Positions 21,444 through 34,584 of a stretch of DNA of 64,000 nt are shown here, in pieces. Origin of the DNA: Naegleria gruberi (Eukaryota); NCBI GenBank assembly GCA_000004985.1, contig GG738886.1. One strand, given 5' to 3'. The notes under the pieces are model-generated. The model ran no database searches. It saw nothing but the letters and a program-made list of their open reading frames with translations, and had not been told where the DNA came from. Numbering within the stretch: position 1 is the stretch's first letter; every line of letters starts with the position of its first letter. The translations under genes were made by a program, and so were the position numbers.

Positions 21444-22877
21444 TTGAAAAAAGCTGCACTTTCAGGTTATACAACAGCTAGAAAAGAAATTGAGGAGCTA
21501 GTTACTGATGAGGAGGTTTGGAGATTTCTTGTTAAAACGTATAATTGGACTGGATTTAGAGATGAATTGACATTTAACAAGGAGTTTATGTTGTTTGCTA
21601 TTGAGGAAATGATTGTTAGTGCCGAAAGTTTATTGGAAAGGTGTAACGAAAGTTTCAGAAATGATCCAGAGACTGTAAGGAGTGTATATTTTGCACATGT
21701 TGTGACTCGAACATATTCTTTAGCGGGTTTTTCAGATGATGAATATATCGGAAATCCCTTCGATATTTTGCAAACTCAAACCTATCTCTATTCACATCGG
21801 TCAATTGTTGAAAATTTGAGAAATGACCCTATTTTCATTTTGGATTGTGTAAAGAAATTTGGAAGAGTTTTGGCATTTCTTGATTTGAAATACAGATCTG
21901 ATAGAAATTATGTGCTGGAAGCTATTAGACAGATAGATGGTGGAACTTATTGTTATCACAAAGGATTATTGAGATTCGCCTCTGAGGAGTTAAGAAATGA
22001 CAGAGAAATTGTTAAGGTGGCTGTGCAAAACTGGGCCTCATGTTTCCAATTTGCATCAGATAATCTCAGAAGGGATGAAGAGGTAATTCGTGAACTCATT
22101 TCAATTTCATCAGGAAATGTTTTAGAGTATGCTGAAGAAAGTATTTTGAAAAATGTAGAACTTGTACTCTTTGGATTGGAATCGGATGCTGGTTGTTTTG
22201 AATTATTTGATCAGAGTTTACAAAATGATAGAGATTTTATACTAAGATGTGCAAAAATCAATGGTAACATACAAGTTCCAGATATGTTTTCTAGTGATAG
22301 AGAAATTATGAAAACTCTATTAGAAACTTGTTTGAGGAATCGCCAAAGTGAGAATGATATTTTTTACACAATTGATGAATCTCTGTTTATGGACATTGAA
22401 TTTGTTAAGGAGCTAGTTGATCTTTATGAAATATATCCAGACACTCATTTTCCAACAAGGTTATGCAAATTTATTAATGAAGAAATAATTTGGAAAATAA
22501 TTCAACAATCTGCAAAAAAGGGGCTAATGAGATATGAAATTCGTGAGATATCTGATGTTTGGAAAGATCCATTGTTTGTGAAAAAGGTTCTCGATCTTGG
22601 AATTAAATTATCACGAGTTGATTATACAGCATTCGCTGACGATTTGAAATTAAGGATATGGAAAGACGAAACCAATATTTATTCGTTTCCATTCAAAAAG
22701 AGCAGTATGGAATTTCAAAGACAAGCTGTCAAGCTCAAACCTGAATGTATTTACGGTTCCTACTATTTTCAAACAATTTGTGGATATAGTGAAGATCGAG
22801 AAGAATTGTTGAGGTTGAGAGCAAACAGATTGGAATATTTACAATTCCACCTCCCAAAAAGATTTGATACTTGGTGA
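21444..22877 (+). CDS. DUF4116-type repeat protein, paralog 2
   Basis: 477-aa ORF with repeats ESFRNDPETVRSVYFAHV, ENLRNDPIFILDCVKKFGRVLAFLD, EELRNDREIVKVAVQNWASCFQFAS and DNLRRDEEVIRELI. Further 5' exons are possible in 21190..21440. Confidence 0.55.
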   Translation: MKKAALSGYTTARKEIEELVTDEEVWRFLVKTYNWTGFRDELTFNKEFMLFAIEEMIVSAESLLERCNESFRNDPETVRSVYFAHVVTRTYSLAGFSDDEYIGNPFDILQTQTYLYSHRSIVENLRNDPIFILDCVKKFGRVLAFLDLKYRSDRNYVLEAIRQIDGGTYCYHKGLLRFASEELRNDREIVKVAVQNWASCFQFASDNLRRDEEVIRELISISSGNVLEYAEESILKNVELVLFGLESDAGCFELFDQSLQNDRDFILRCAKINGNIQVPDMFSSDREIMKTLLETCLRNRQSENDIFYTIDESLFMDIEFVKELVDLYEIYPDTHFPTRLCKFINEEIIWKIIQQSAKKGLMRYEIREISDVWKDPLFVKKVLDLGIKLSRVDYTAFADDLKLRIWKDETNIYSFPFKKSSMEFQRQAVKLKPECIYGSYYFQTICGYSEDREELLRLRANRLEYLQFHLPKRFDTW

Positions 22878-23138
22878 GCATGTTAAACTTGTTGACTCTC
22901 AATTCTTAATTACTTAATTATTGAACTAATTCATGCCCACCACTTTCACAAATTTCCTTTTCTAGACAATTTTATTGTAAACAATTGTGATTGAAAAAAT
23001 CACAATTCTACATTTTTCACACCAAACAGCTGTACCACCAATTGAACAATGTCTCTTTCAACAACAACATTTCAATAATTGTTCAATATTATTATTATTT
23101 AAATATATTGCAAGTTAGTTTGAAAATATTAAAAAAAA

Positions 23139-24413
23139 ATGCAAAGACTTTCCCGCCATCTTTTCAAGCCTTGTTCCACAACAAATTCCTCATCCTCGCT
23201 TCTCTCCGGCAATAAGAGAGCAGCCTCTCTTCTCTTGAAGAATTTTATCTACATCAATACACAAGCACAACAGCAACAACAACAACGCTTCTTCTCATCA
23301 AGTATATTGTCTAGAAATAATGTTAGTAGTGTTGTGCCTCCTCCTCTAACAACAGAAGTTGCTACCGCTGCTGCTAATACCACTACTTCTCAAACATTGA
23401 ATACAACAACAACATCAACAGTCGATGCTGCTTCTGTTGCTGCTACTACTACACAAAAGAAGGCTTTTGATGAACCACTTCACGGACAACAAAGTTTTGA
23501 TTTGGATGATTTTGAAGATGACGTTGCTGGACAACAATTGGAAGCTGCAGAAAATATGAGTGAAATGTTTTCATCAATTACCGATTATTTGAATCCTTCT
23601 AAACTTCTTGAAGCTTGTATTATTGCTCTTCATGATGCTGGTTTGCCATGGTGGGGAAGTATTGCCACTGTTGGTTTTGCTCTTCGTCTTGTCATGTCTC
23701 CTCTTAACGTTATGAGTATGAGATCAAGTACTATTATGAGCAAGTTGGGAACATCTTTAACAAATTTGAAAAAGGACCAAGTTGACCCAAAGAAATCACC
23801 AACTGAAAGAGAACATGCCAGAAAGACTTATGAAGAAATTACAAAGAAGGAAGGTTTCAAAATGTCTCACATGTTTTTACCATTATTACAATCACCTATT
23901 TTTATTGCCTTCTTCTTCTGTATCAATAGAATGGTTAGAGAAATTGAAGGTTTACAATGGGGAGGTATGCTTTGGTTCAATGACTTGACTGTCAAAGATC
24001 CAACCTATGTTCTTCCAATTATTTCAGCTTCATGTTTTATGGCTGTTTTCCTTGTCAATACATTCCTTAGAAGTTCAGGATCGGGAAGAATTCAATCTCT
24101 GATTGCTGTTGGTATGGGTGTTTTCTCATTTGCATTGGTTCCATTCACTGGCAGACTTCCAGCTGCTCTTTTCATGTATTGGATTCCATCTAACTTTTTC
24201 CAAATTCTCTTCTATTTGCTCATGTCTAGAAAGCCAGTAAAGGCCTTCTTTAAGATTCCAGAAGTTGATCCAACAAAAGGAAGTAAGGGAGCTATGGGTA
24301 AGGCTGAAAAGGTTTTGGAAAAGTTCTTCCCATCGAAATCAAAGACTCCTTCTATTACCCAAACTAAACTTTTGACAAGACAAGCCCTCGATCAAACCAA
24401 ACGTAAGAATTAA
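23139..24413 (+). CDS. OXA1: Mitochondrial inner-membrane insertase OXA1 (YidC/Oxa1/Alb3 family)
   Basis: N-terminal S/T-rich presequence-like region. Conserved core GLPWWGSIATVGFALRLVMSPL, FLPLLQSPIFIAFFF and MLWFNDLTVKDPTYVLPIISA, plus a basic C-terminal tail. Confidence 0.8.
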   Translation: MQRLSRHLFKPCSTTNSSSSLLSGNKRAASLLLKNFIYINTQAQQQQQQRFFSSSILSRNNVSSVVPPPLTTEVATAAANTTTSQTLNTTTTSTVDAASVAATTTQKKAFDEPLHGQQSFDLDDFEDDVAGQQLEAAENMSEMFSSITDYLNPSKLLEACIIALHDAGLPWWGSIATVGFALRLVMSPLNVMSMRSSTIMSKLGTSLTNLKKDQVDPKKSPTEREHARKTYEEITKKEGFKMSHMFLPLLQSPIFIAFFFCINRMVREIEGLQWGGMLWFNDLTVKDPTYVLPIISASCFMAVFLVNTFLRSSGSGRIQSLIAVGMGVFSFALVPFTGRLPAALFMYWIPSNFFQILFYLLMSRKPVKAFFKIPEVDPTKGSKGAMGKAEKVLEKFFPSKSKTPSITQTKLLTRQALDQTKRKN

Positions 24414-24451
24414 ATTTTCAAATAGGAATTATAGGAATAAATATTTACTCA

Positions 24452-27400
24452 TTAAAGATATGAAAAGCATTTACATTTGCAATCACTGACAGGACATTCG
24501 TCATGATGCTTAAACCAATCCACTAAATGTTTTACGTGACCACCATGTTTACATCTTGTGCACCATGAAAAACAGAAATCCATTTCAGTTGTTTGGTTAT
24601 TACCCATAGAATGAGATGGTGATCCAAATGACATTAAGCAAACAGCACATTTTGGAAGTGGCTTTCTACAAGAAGGACAACTGGTTGTTTTTGGCATTGA
24701 GGAAGTATTACCATGTTTTGTGGCTAATTGAGCTTGTCTACCACCCTTACTGGCCAGTAAACTAGAATGATGGAGGGATTGAGAACAGAATGCACACTTA
24801 ATCGACACACTTGGTTGAAGAAGAGGTGCTGTTCCAGAGAAGGCGATCGATTGGGGATGGTGGTGTGGTCCTTCATGATTAATTATATTTTCTCCTCTCA
24901 CGGCTTGCTGTATGCTTATATCTAAGAATGCTCTTTGCTCCCACATCTTCCATCTATCCAATAAATCTCTATAATTTTCCATCCAAATGTCTGAGTATGA
25001 AACATTGTTAGAAAACTTGGAAGTGATTGCTCGATTAAATGCTAAACATGCTGTTTGAACATCTCCCGTCCTATCTACATATTGTTGCATCAACTTGAAA
25101 CTATCAATGGTTTGTAAACCTGTAATAATCAGTCCTTGAATATCCGCCGTGGCAAATGCCTTTTCTTTAAGTGAACTGATATACTTGCCAAGTTCAATAT
25201 CATTGAGATAATAACAAGCAAATGCAATTCTATCACTAACTGGTATGGCTTTTTGATCCAAAACATAATCAACGTTTCTAGGTTCCGAAAGTAAGAACCC
25301 AAAAGCTGCTGACAAGTATGGATCTTTCAGTTTTGGATACAAATTCTTATAAACATTTTGGAATTCTTCTCGTCTGTTTTCATTATAGCCTCCCAAAGCA
25401 TATGCCAAGAACATATAATTACTTCTCTTATCATTATCGCTTAATAACCCCAAAACATTAGCAGCAGTTTTGATATCCAAGTTGAAAATAGCAATTGCTA
25501 CACTTCTTTCATCTAACTGGTCTGCAGGTATTTGTGAATTTTTCAAATTACTTAAATATTCTTGATCCCAGCCACACACGTGCAAACAAATACTTCTTTG
25601 TGGACTTTGATATCTTATTGTTGATCCAAACTTGATTGCTTCAGATTGAGGAGGGTAGATCATATTCTTAGCTGTATTTATATTGGTTGGATACGAATAT
25701 GGAAGTGGCTTGAATGGTAAAATGTCATTTCCAACTTCTTGACCAGTATTTTGATATAAAAGAATAGATGAATCTAGAATGGCTTGGATACCTGTATAGT
25801 AGTGTTCACTTGGTTGTTGTCTATCGTTACGAATATTCAACTCTTTCATTTTGTTAATCCACGACCAAATAATCATTCCATCTGTATCTTTTAAGGATTT
25901 AGAAACTTCAATATTTTGTTTCACATCAACACCAATTCCCTTCTTGGCTCTTTCTTTCATAATACTCATAATATCATTCGATTGGGTGAAATCATTCTCT
26001 ACTACCTCATTATAGTGTGCTGATACTATTTCTTCGTTACATGAAATTGAGAATTTGACAAAATCTTTGAGGAGAGTATATTGGACTGTACCTGTTGAAG
26101 TTGACAACAGAAGGCATCTTGGAATAGTTGGGTGGAAGGAAAATGATGATATCGAGCCGTTAGATGAAAAAACTGATTTGTGGTTAGAAATTTTGTATTT
26201 CACAGACTTGGATTGTTCTGAAAGATCGCAAAGTTTGACAGTATTTGAATCCCTAATAAAGAAACATTAGCAAAAAAATATTGTTATGAAATGCTACTTA
26301 CTTTGTGAGTACACCAATTACATTCTTGTGAGATGTAGACCATTGAACTTGTGAAATTACTGGAGGAGCTTTTTGAACTAATTGTTGAGGTAAAATATTT
26401 GCAATATTGAGTTCTCTAACTGGATTTGGCATTTTTCTCATATCCCAAATCTTGACAACACTATCCTCAGAATATGTTGCAAATTGATTATTGTCGAAAG
26501 GATTAAAATGAATTCCCAAAACTGACTTGTTATGAACAGCAAAATTCTTTGGAGGTTTGTATGTCTTCATTGATGATGCATATTCTCTTAAATCAAATAA
26601 ACGAATATACTTCAAACTAGTACCTAAAAGGAAGCTAGAAGGTTGTCCTGGAATCCATGAAATACTAGTGGCACCTTCACCTGGACATAATTCATAAAGA
26701 GGTTTTGTCACTACCTTAGTTGTGAAATATGTTCTTGATGGTAATTGCAAAGAATTAGAGATGGTATGTTGTTTTTTAACAGGATTTACAAATGAACCAG
26801 TATGTAAACCACTTAATCCACCGTAATCACTACTAACAGTACTTTCAGTATCAGAAATAATACTAGCTGAAGAATTCAATCTATTTACATCCCAAATTGC
26901 AACACAATTTTGTTTTGGTACCTTGTCATAACCTGCTGCAATTAAATTAGTATCCACACTATTCCAATCAATACATCTACAAGGAGGTGATGAAGTTTTT
27001 CCTCTATTGGCTGGGTCTGTTCTTGTAAATTCAGCAAAAACATGTTGATCACTTTGAACATTATCAAACAAAATTGATCCATTAGACAATCCAACAGCAT
27101 GAATATCTCTATCCTCTGGAGACCAAGTACTGCACTATTCAAGTGTTAAAAAACAGTCAATAATAAGACTAAAAAACATACCAAAGCTTCGGATTGAAGA
27201 GAAGTTGTAGAAATTGATGTGAATTCTTGTTTTGTATCAAATTGAATTGGTTTTTCTTCAAGTAAATTATTCAATATCTGTTAATAACAATCGGATCACA
27301 ATAAATTTCAATTATCCTTCGTTACTACATTTTAAATTGATGTAACTACTTACTCTTTCATCAATTTTATAATAGTAAACATCTCTGCCCGATACTACAG

Positions 27401-27518
27401 AAAACCAATTGATTGTATTTGGATTCCATGAAGCAACCGATTGTGATCCATTCAAAAGAGAGAGTGATTGTGAGGAAGAATTTGGAAATATTGGAGGAGA
27501 AAGCACCGACGATAACAT
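24452..27518 (-). CDS. WD40-repeat protein with C-terminal RING-like zinc finger, GATOR2 subunit-like (MIOS/WDR24/WDR59 type), multi-exon
   Basis: Upstream ORFs 27312..27518 and 26298..27089 carry WD-like repeats (AIWDV, VVKIWDM). The 583-aa 3' exon ends in a Cys/His cluster (CPSCRKPLPKCAVCL...CTRCKHGGH...CPVSDCKCKC). Exon junctions are not fully resolved. Confidence 0.45.
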
Positions 27519-27940
27519 TTTCCAAGATATATATGATATTAATCAAAATTAAAAATCTAAATAATTCCGCAAACAATTAAAAATCCAGATCCAACTTTGT
27601 CCAGTTATATTGTTGTTTGATTATGTTAATAATAATAAATCAATCGCTGTGATGATGAGATTGTTCTTGCTGTGATGATGACGCTGAAAAATCGCCTCTC
27701 CAACAACAAGAATCAAAAAAAGGCTTTTTTTAAATTATTAAAAAAAATTAACCCGAGACCAAACTCCATTGTCCTGTTGTTGTGCATTCTCGCGAAGTTT
27801 TTCATTCTCCTTGTTGAATAATAATTTTTAAAAACCAACAACACAAATCGGGAGTTTTTCATCAAGATTGTATTGGCTTTTTGTATATAAAGATTAATTG
27901 TAAATAATAATATAGATAATATCAAACAGGAATTTAAAAT

Positions 27941-28393
27941 ATGGAGGATCAATCAACTTCTAGTGATATAAATACAAATTATTCAGATAATCAGAGTGAT
28001 ATTATTGATAGTCACAAAATTATAAAAAAGAAAATCTATGATGAAACGGAGGATGAAAGTAAACTGAGGTTTGAAATGGAATTGGAATTTGTTCAATTAT
28101 TAGCAAATGCCTCGTATTTACAATACCTGGCTCAATACAAATATTTTGAAGATCCTGGATTTATAGAATATTGTAAATATTTACAATATTGGAAGAACCC
28201 TGAATATGCTAGATTTGTCAAATATCCATATAGTTTATTCATTTTGGATAGAATTGTAAATGATGAACAATTTAGAGAGGATTGCAAGACAGCTCATTTC
28301 AGAGATATGCTTCATCAACAAATGCTTCGTCACTGGGGCTTTTATAGGAAAAATAGAGAGGAGGCAATCAAACAAGCACAATCATTCGAGTAA
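27941..28393 (+). CDS. MED31: Mediator complex subunit 31 (MED31/SOH1)
   Basis: RFEMELEFVQLLANASYLQYLAQYKYFEDPGFIEYCKYLQYWKNPEYARFVKYPYSLFILDRIV is an almost diagnostic MED31 core. Single exon. Confidence 0.9.
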   Translation: MEDQSTSSDINTNYSDNQSDIIDSHKIIKKKIYDETEDESKLRFEMELEFVQLLANASYLQYLAQYKYFEDPGFIEYCKYLQYWKNPEYARFVKYPYSLFILDRIVNDEQFREDCKTAHFRDMLHQQMLRHWGFYRKNREEAIKQAQSFE

Positions 28394-28406
28394 TTCAATA
28401 AATAAT

Positions 28407-29975
28407 TTATTCGATCATGATTGGTTTTGCTGAGAGAGCTACTGCTTTTTGAGATTTCTTGTCCTTAACAAGAATTCCCTTTCCAGCAACGAGATGAGCT
28501 CCTCTTTGGAGTGGGAATAGTGGAATAAATACGTGTCTTGATTTTAAAGGTTGCAATTCTCCAACAGCTTGGAGAGATGATCCATTAATTGCCAATGGAT
28601 ACATCTTGTCACTATCCAAATGAATACTCAAATCCATTACATCTTTGGAATAATTAGTAATTTCACATACAGCATAGAATGGTGTATAGAGTGTAAAGCT
28701 TTCTTGAGTATTATTATTATTATTTGATCCCAGAATGGTAAATTCGTCAGGTATAGATGAAGTAAATCCAATAATTGAAGCTTCCAGGTCTTGTTTTGGT
28801 ATTAATTTGTGAGGAATAGGGTTTGTTAAGAGCATACCACATTCTCCCATGGTATTCTTCCATTGGAGAGATATTTTACCAAGAAAGACAGAATTTTGTG
28901 TTACATTCATAGCTCTATTCTTTGAGTTTGGAACGAGTTCGAATAAAAATCTCTTTGATTCTCCTCTCAATAATGGATGTTCAAAGTAATTTTCGGAAGT
29001 ATTATGAACTGATTGATCCATCAATTCATATCCAAAATTTGGTTCAAATTTTACAGATTCAATATACAAGGATGGTGTTTGTGTTAAATTTTGTAAATCT
29101 AATTGTACAAAAACATGGTTTCCAAAAGTGTTTACCTTAACTTTCATACCAAGAGGATCATAGACTTTGAATGGAAAATGTTTTCTAAAGCTTCTCACTC
29201 TTCCCTCTTCAGGATCATAATATGAAACTAGACATGTCAAAACTGTCTTGTCCTCATCATCTTGAATGTCATCCGATGAAGTTAATGGGTGTTCAATAAT
29301 GAAATCCTACTCATCACAATAAATCCACAACAATTATAATAAATTAATTCAAAATTCCAATAATAAATAGTAAATTTCCAATTATTATTTCATCAGCATC
29401 ATCATGACAATTATTAAACTAACCTTGTTTGTCTTGGATCCGAGTTGATCCAAAGGAGTTGAACTAATATCTAATAGTGTTTGCTTTGTTGTTTTTCCTT
29501 TTCCTGTAACCAATTCAGCAGTCACTGAAATATTTTGAATAACTTTGTACGATTCATTGTGAAGAGAAATGTAACACTTGAGATGTTCTCCAACATAGAT
29601 AGCACCTGGAGCACTTGGTAAACACCAACCATCATTATAACCCAAACTATCAAATATAATACAGCGATCCAAAAGACTTTTTCCATTATCTTCAAGGCCA
29701 GGAATTTCAATGAGTGTATCTTCCTTTTGTTGTTGTTGCTGAGAAGCTCTCAGAGGCATTTCATTCCCATAGATTGATTTTACATCCGACACATAATTTG
29801 GCGTCTTGTAAAATAATTTATAATCACCAAGAGCATCAGTCTTTTCGGGAAGAATCGGAACAGTGAGAGAAAAATCAGGTTTCTTCAATCTCATCAGTTT
29901 GATGCTGATTGGATGAGGTGTCTCAACCATCGGTTGCAACATGACTGATTGTCTTCCATACAATTGATCAGACAT
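28407..29975 (-). CDS. TRAPPC13: TRAPPC13-like (trafficking protein particle complex subunit 13, DUF974)
   Basis: N-terminal exon 29385..29975 carries IKLMRLKKP (cf. LKVMRLTKP), GEHLKCYISLHNES and IQNISVTAELVTGKGK blocks. It continues in ORF 28407..29240 after short intron(s) near 29240..29385. Confidence 0.65.
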
Positions 29976-30181
29976 TTTTTTTAGATATTTTCAAATTTTA
30001 AATAAAAAGCAAAACTTTAAGCTGTTTTTTAGTTCACACAAAGAGTAAGGCACATGTTCATTATTGGTGTGCATAAATACATAATCATGAATTTGTCAAC
30101 CATCACAACACTGTCACATCACTAACAAAGGTCAGCTCTATATTTACTTACTTTAAAATTACCAAAAAAATAACTTTAAAA

Positions 30182-32147
30182 ATGCAACAAGCAACTTCAA
30201 GTCTAGAGGCTAACAAAGACAATGATAATCAACAAGACTCCACCTCACCATCATCCCATCAGTCTTTTCCATTAAATTCTAACAATGTTTCGAATAGGAG
30301 AACAACAATCACAGAAGAGTTGTTTAATCGTGGAGTTCTCTACGGAAAAGAGAAGGAATATGAAAAAGCCTTTCAATGTTTTATGAAAGTTGCTGAAGAG
30401 TGTGAGTGTGCTGATACACAATTTAAAATTGCTTATTATTATCATATTGGTTTGGGTGTTGAGAAGGATATTCGAAAGGCTTTCGAATGGTATTTGAAGA
30501 GTGCAGAGAATGGTTTTGCCAAAGCACAGTGTAATGTTGGATTGCTGTATCGTTTTGCAGAGGGAGTTGAACAGAATCTACCGAAAGCTTTCGAATTCCA
30601 TTTAAGGGCTGCTAAACAAGGTATAACAACCTCTATGCTTGCTGTTGCTTGTTCATACGAGTTGGGAATGGGAATAATGAGAGATATTTCGAAATCATTT
30701 GAATGGCTTTTGAAAGCTGCTGAGAATGGTGATGTAGGCGCTCAATATTATGTCGGCCATGCATATGAGATTGGAGAGGGTGTTGAACCAGATGATACAA
30801 AATCATTTGAATGGTATTTGAAAGCAGCTGAACAAATGGACGTAAGAGCACAATTAGCAATTGGCATTTCTTTTTATTGTGGAAGAGGAGTCACGGAAAA
30901 TCAAAGAAAATCATTCGAATGGTTTCTGAAAGCTGCTGAACAAGGTGATAAATCAGCACAATTTTATGTTGGATGTGCATACGATTCTGGAGAGGGTGTT
31001 GAGAAGAATAGGTATAAAGCATTTGAATGGTATCTTAAATCGGCTGAGAATGGTCATAAAGATGCACAATTCAATGTTGTTTATGCATACGAAAAGGGAG
31101 ATGGGGTTGAAGAGTGTTTCAGCAAAACAGTGTTTTGGTTAGCGAAAAGATTGAATGGTAATTTTCAATTCATTGAAAACCCTGAAGAGCAATTTGGATT
31201 AAAGGATTTTTTGTCTGAAGATTTGGCACATTTTGAGAATATCACTGAACCTGTGATTGTCAGATTTGAAGAGAGGGATTTTACAATTTCCTACGAGTTG
31301 TTGAAACATTCAAAATACTTTTCAACAATGTTGAATTTAAACTGGAATAGGTTTAATGAAAATGAGAACAAACATATTGTGCTCGATTTGAGATCTATTC
31401 AATCTGAAATATTTCAAGAACAACTTGATTGCAGTCAGATATTTGAGAATTATATTAATTGCTTAAGAGGTGGATTACCAACTAGTTGCGAAATGCAGTT
31501 GCCAGTGATTTATTTGGCAAGATATTTGGGAGATGATTCGTGTATTTTAAAAATTATGAAGAAGTCGAGTTTGTTAATGAGGTATTATTTTCTATTTCAA
31601 TTGGAAAGTCATACTAAACTTCATGTAGCCTTGGCAAGTTGTTTCTCTTCCAAACTAGCACCTACAAGAGACCTTTCAGAGGGTGTACTTGAAACACTAC
31701 TTGTTCAAAGTGAATTATCTTGGCCTGCGAAAGAAAGGATTTTTGGAGAGTATAGTCAAAGATTCAAAACACCAATTTCGTTAACGTTCAGTAAGTCATT
31801 CATTATTAACAATTATGATATTAAGCTTAATAGATAGTAATATACTCCATCTTTCCTTTAAGAGTTACCCAAGCTCGATAAAACGTACAGTAAAAAACGA
31901 AAATGTCACCTTTAAATTGAAAAAAGGAAAAGAGGATGAATTCAAAAAGTTGATAATCACTAGCTCTAAAATAATTAATTTCTTTGGAAACAATGCTAAA
32001 TTTTACATACAAATGGTTTTAGATGATAGATACCAATTTGGATTTTGGTTGGAGAGTGGTCAAATAGGAGGAAATGAAAACACAATTTTCAATTTACCAT
32101 CCTTTAACCAAAAATCTTTGAAAATTGATATGGTGGTGATAATGTGA
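30182..32147 (+). CDS. Sel1-like repeat (SLR/TPR-like) protein with C-terminal BTB/POZ-like domain; intron 31791..31833
   Basis: At least seven Sel1 repeats (KAFEWYLKSAENG...AQxxVGxxYxxGxGVExN). C-terminal PVIVRFEERDFTISYELLKHSKYFSTMLN is BTB-like. The 43-nt GTAAGT...AATAG intron joins ...SLTFSN to SNILHLSFKSYP (ORF 31815..32147). Confidence 0.5.
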
Positions 32148-32252
32148 ATACATTAGAGTATAAATAATTAATTGTCAAGTTAAGGTGGAATGAATACTAT
32201 GAAAGATTCAAGTGCAATTATCTATTAAAGACGCTTTGTGATAAAAGAAGAA

Positions 32253-34404
32253 TTAATATTGTGAATGTTTTAATTGTTTAATAAAGCAACAAATATTTAG
32301 AATTGGTCCTTCGTGTAAACCTGCGTTTTTCAAGGTAACTTTGAGTGTTTCCTCTTCCACAGCCAAGAGAGATTCACTATTAAAGTCCTTTTCTTCCAAA
32401 TATTGTAACAATAGTTTCAAATGATCTTCCCTTAGTTTCAAATGCTTGTTTTGGTGAGCTCGCTTTAAAAAAGTGGCAAGTTCCTTTTCATCCAAATTTG
32501 AAAAGTCCACCACTTTATCTTCTTGTGTCTTTTGCTTTTTTGAACTTCCATAAGGTGAAATATGCTTATCTGATAACTCTTGAGACTTATGTTTAGAATC
32601 AATACTTAAAAAGGTATTAGTATTTGTTACCCATTCTTGCAACAACATAAAATCTTCGGTCATTTCTAATAAATTCAAACCAGGGATAAGCTCTGGACTC
32701 TTGTCTAATTGAAAAAGCAGGAAGTTAGAATTTTGCCTTAACAGCGTATTTACAGACTTTATATTCTTTCCAGAGAGTGCTAATGGCCAAACAGTCAAAA
32801 ACAATGCAATACAAGGTGTGCAATGTGCTCTCTTTTTTTTGTTTGACTGGCTGTTGGCAGAGTTTAGGATACGATCAAAGAATATTTTTGCTTGAAGGGT
32901 GGGTTCTTTCAAACAAGTAATTTGGACAACCAAGTGGAACTTTACCCATTGATTGTCAAAACCCAAGGCAGAATATGGTAAAATTAAATCTACACATGAA
33001 CTGTCCTCACCTCCATCCCTTGCCATCATTGGTCCTATCACATCAATATCCTCAGGTTGCCCTATGAATGAGGAATAATGTTTCTTGTTCGAATCAATTA
33101 TAATAGATGAGAATTTGTTCTTTTTTGATAATACGTTGGACATGGGCACTGAGGGTTGAGTACTGGTTAAGGAGCATAATTGCAAGCCAAATTTGTACAC
33201 TGTACCCTATGACTGCAACAGTACAACAGTTATTGAAAGTGTCAAGCCACTCCTTAGGGAAATACAAAGTGTTTTCTCTAATGTACCTTAATGTGAAATT
33301 ATCTGGAATTGCTAGTGTAATTGTATCATCTCTTTCCTGATTGATTCTAACCAATCCAGAATGGTTAAAAGGAAGGAGATATTGAATAACTTGATTTGAA
33401 GTACTACCAGTCAAAACACCATTTCCATCCTTTTTCAATCCAAAATCGTTTGGAAATGAAAAAATCATTACTAATTTTTCTAATAGTGCTTCATTTTCAA
33501 ATGATTGTTTTCCGATATTGAGAAGTTGTTCCAACATTTTCTTTTGTTTGGTCTTGTAGATGTAATAAGCACCATCAAGGGTATCTTGTAGCAGTTGTTT
33601 TGTAATAGGTTTTGACTGATTTCTTAATTCTTGTAAGAAGTAGAGTATGTTCTTTGGCGTTCCTGCCACTTCTTCTTCAATCTTGTTTTTAATTTCTTCT
33701 GATTGTTCGATCGTTTGGTTTTGCATTTTCAATTCTTCCCATTTTAATACATTATTCAACACCTTTTTAACTCGTTCTGCAGTAAATGGTGGCAAAGGAG
33801 GACAAGCAATAGATTGAAAATAACTCGTTCCGTTAATTTCGTCATTTCCTAAAGCAGTTGTTCCTGTAAGTATCATCTTTACATTATGCGAGCAAGGCAT
33901 TAAGGAAGAAAGAGTTTTAAAGAACTCTTGATTCATCACTAACTGACATTCGTCTAAATGAAGAAACAGAAATGAATATTTCCCTAATACTTTCTCCACA
34001 GTCAAAGATATCATTAAGAAAGGAGTTTCCAGTCCGTGTGGATTTCTAACCATAATTGATTTGTTTGTTTGGCTAAACTCTGATATACAATCCACAACTG
34101 AACCAAAAAACTGTCGCCACCTAACCTCAGAACGTCCAATGTATCCGGATATACTTGGATGTATTGTTACTTGATAAACATTAGTATAAATTTTTGAAAT
34201 ATTATTGATAATTGTTGTCTTTCCTGTGCCTGTCGGTTCAAAAAGAGTCATTATTTTAGCCTTGTTGTTATTGGGTGGTGGAGACTGTATGAACGATACA
34301 ATACTCTGCTCTACACTAGGGGATGGATCATAGAATGGAATTTCCTCAGCAGCAAGCTTCTTTTGCATATCATTCACTCCATCTTCCTTAAACAAATGTG
34401 CCAT
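32253..34404 (-). CDS. P-loop ATPase (AAA-like Walker A/B) with C-terminal SAM-like domain (hypothetical)
   Basis: Walker A LFEPTGTGKTTIINN. Walker B FLFLHLDECQLV. Sensor-like ILTGTTA. ORFs 33094..34404 and 32253..33200 overlap in different frames (short intron or frameshift). C-terminal LKLLLQYLEEKDFNSESLLAVEEETLKVTLKNAGLHEGPILNICCFIKQL is SAM-like. Confidence 0.4.
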
Positions 34405-34584
34405 ATTTTTTATATTGGTTTATTTGCTTCAAAATTGTGGCGGGAAAATACATGGTACTAATTGAAATACAGATCAAACAACATTCTTAATATCTTCCAA
34501 AATAAATAAGGAAAGGTTAAAGACCAGCTTCAAGAGTTTGAAGATTCAACTTTGAAAGAGAAATTGATTCCAATATTTTAGATC

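Noticed and set aside
23270-23300. CAA/CAG and AAT microsatellite-like runs (23270..23300, 49720..49745, 56476..56510)
   Set aside because: These are short simple repeats of about 20-30 bp, coding poly-Q or AT-rich spacer. Unremarkable.
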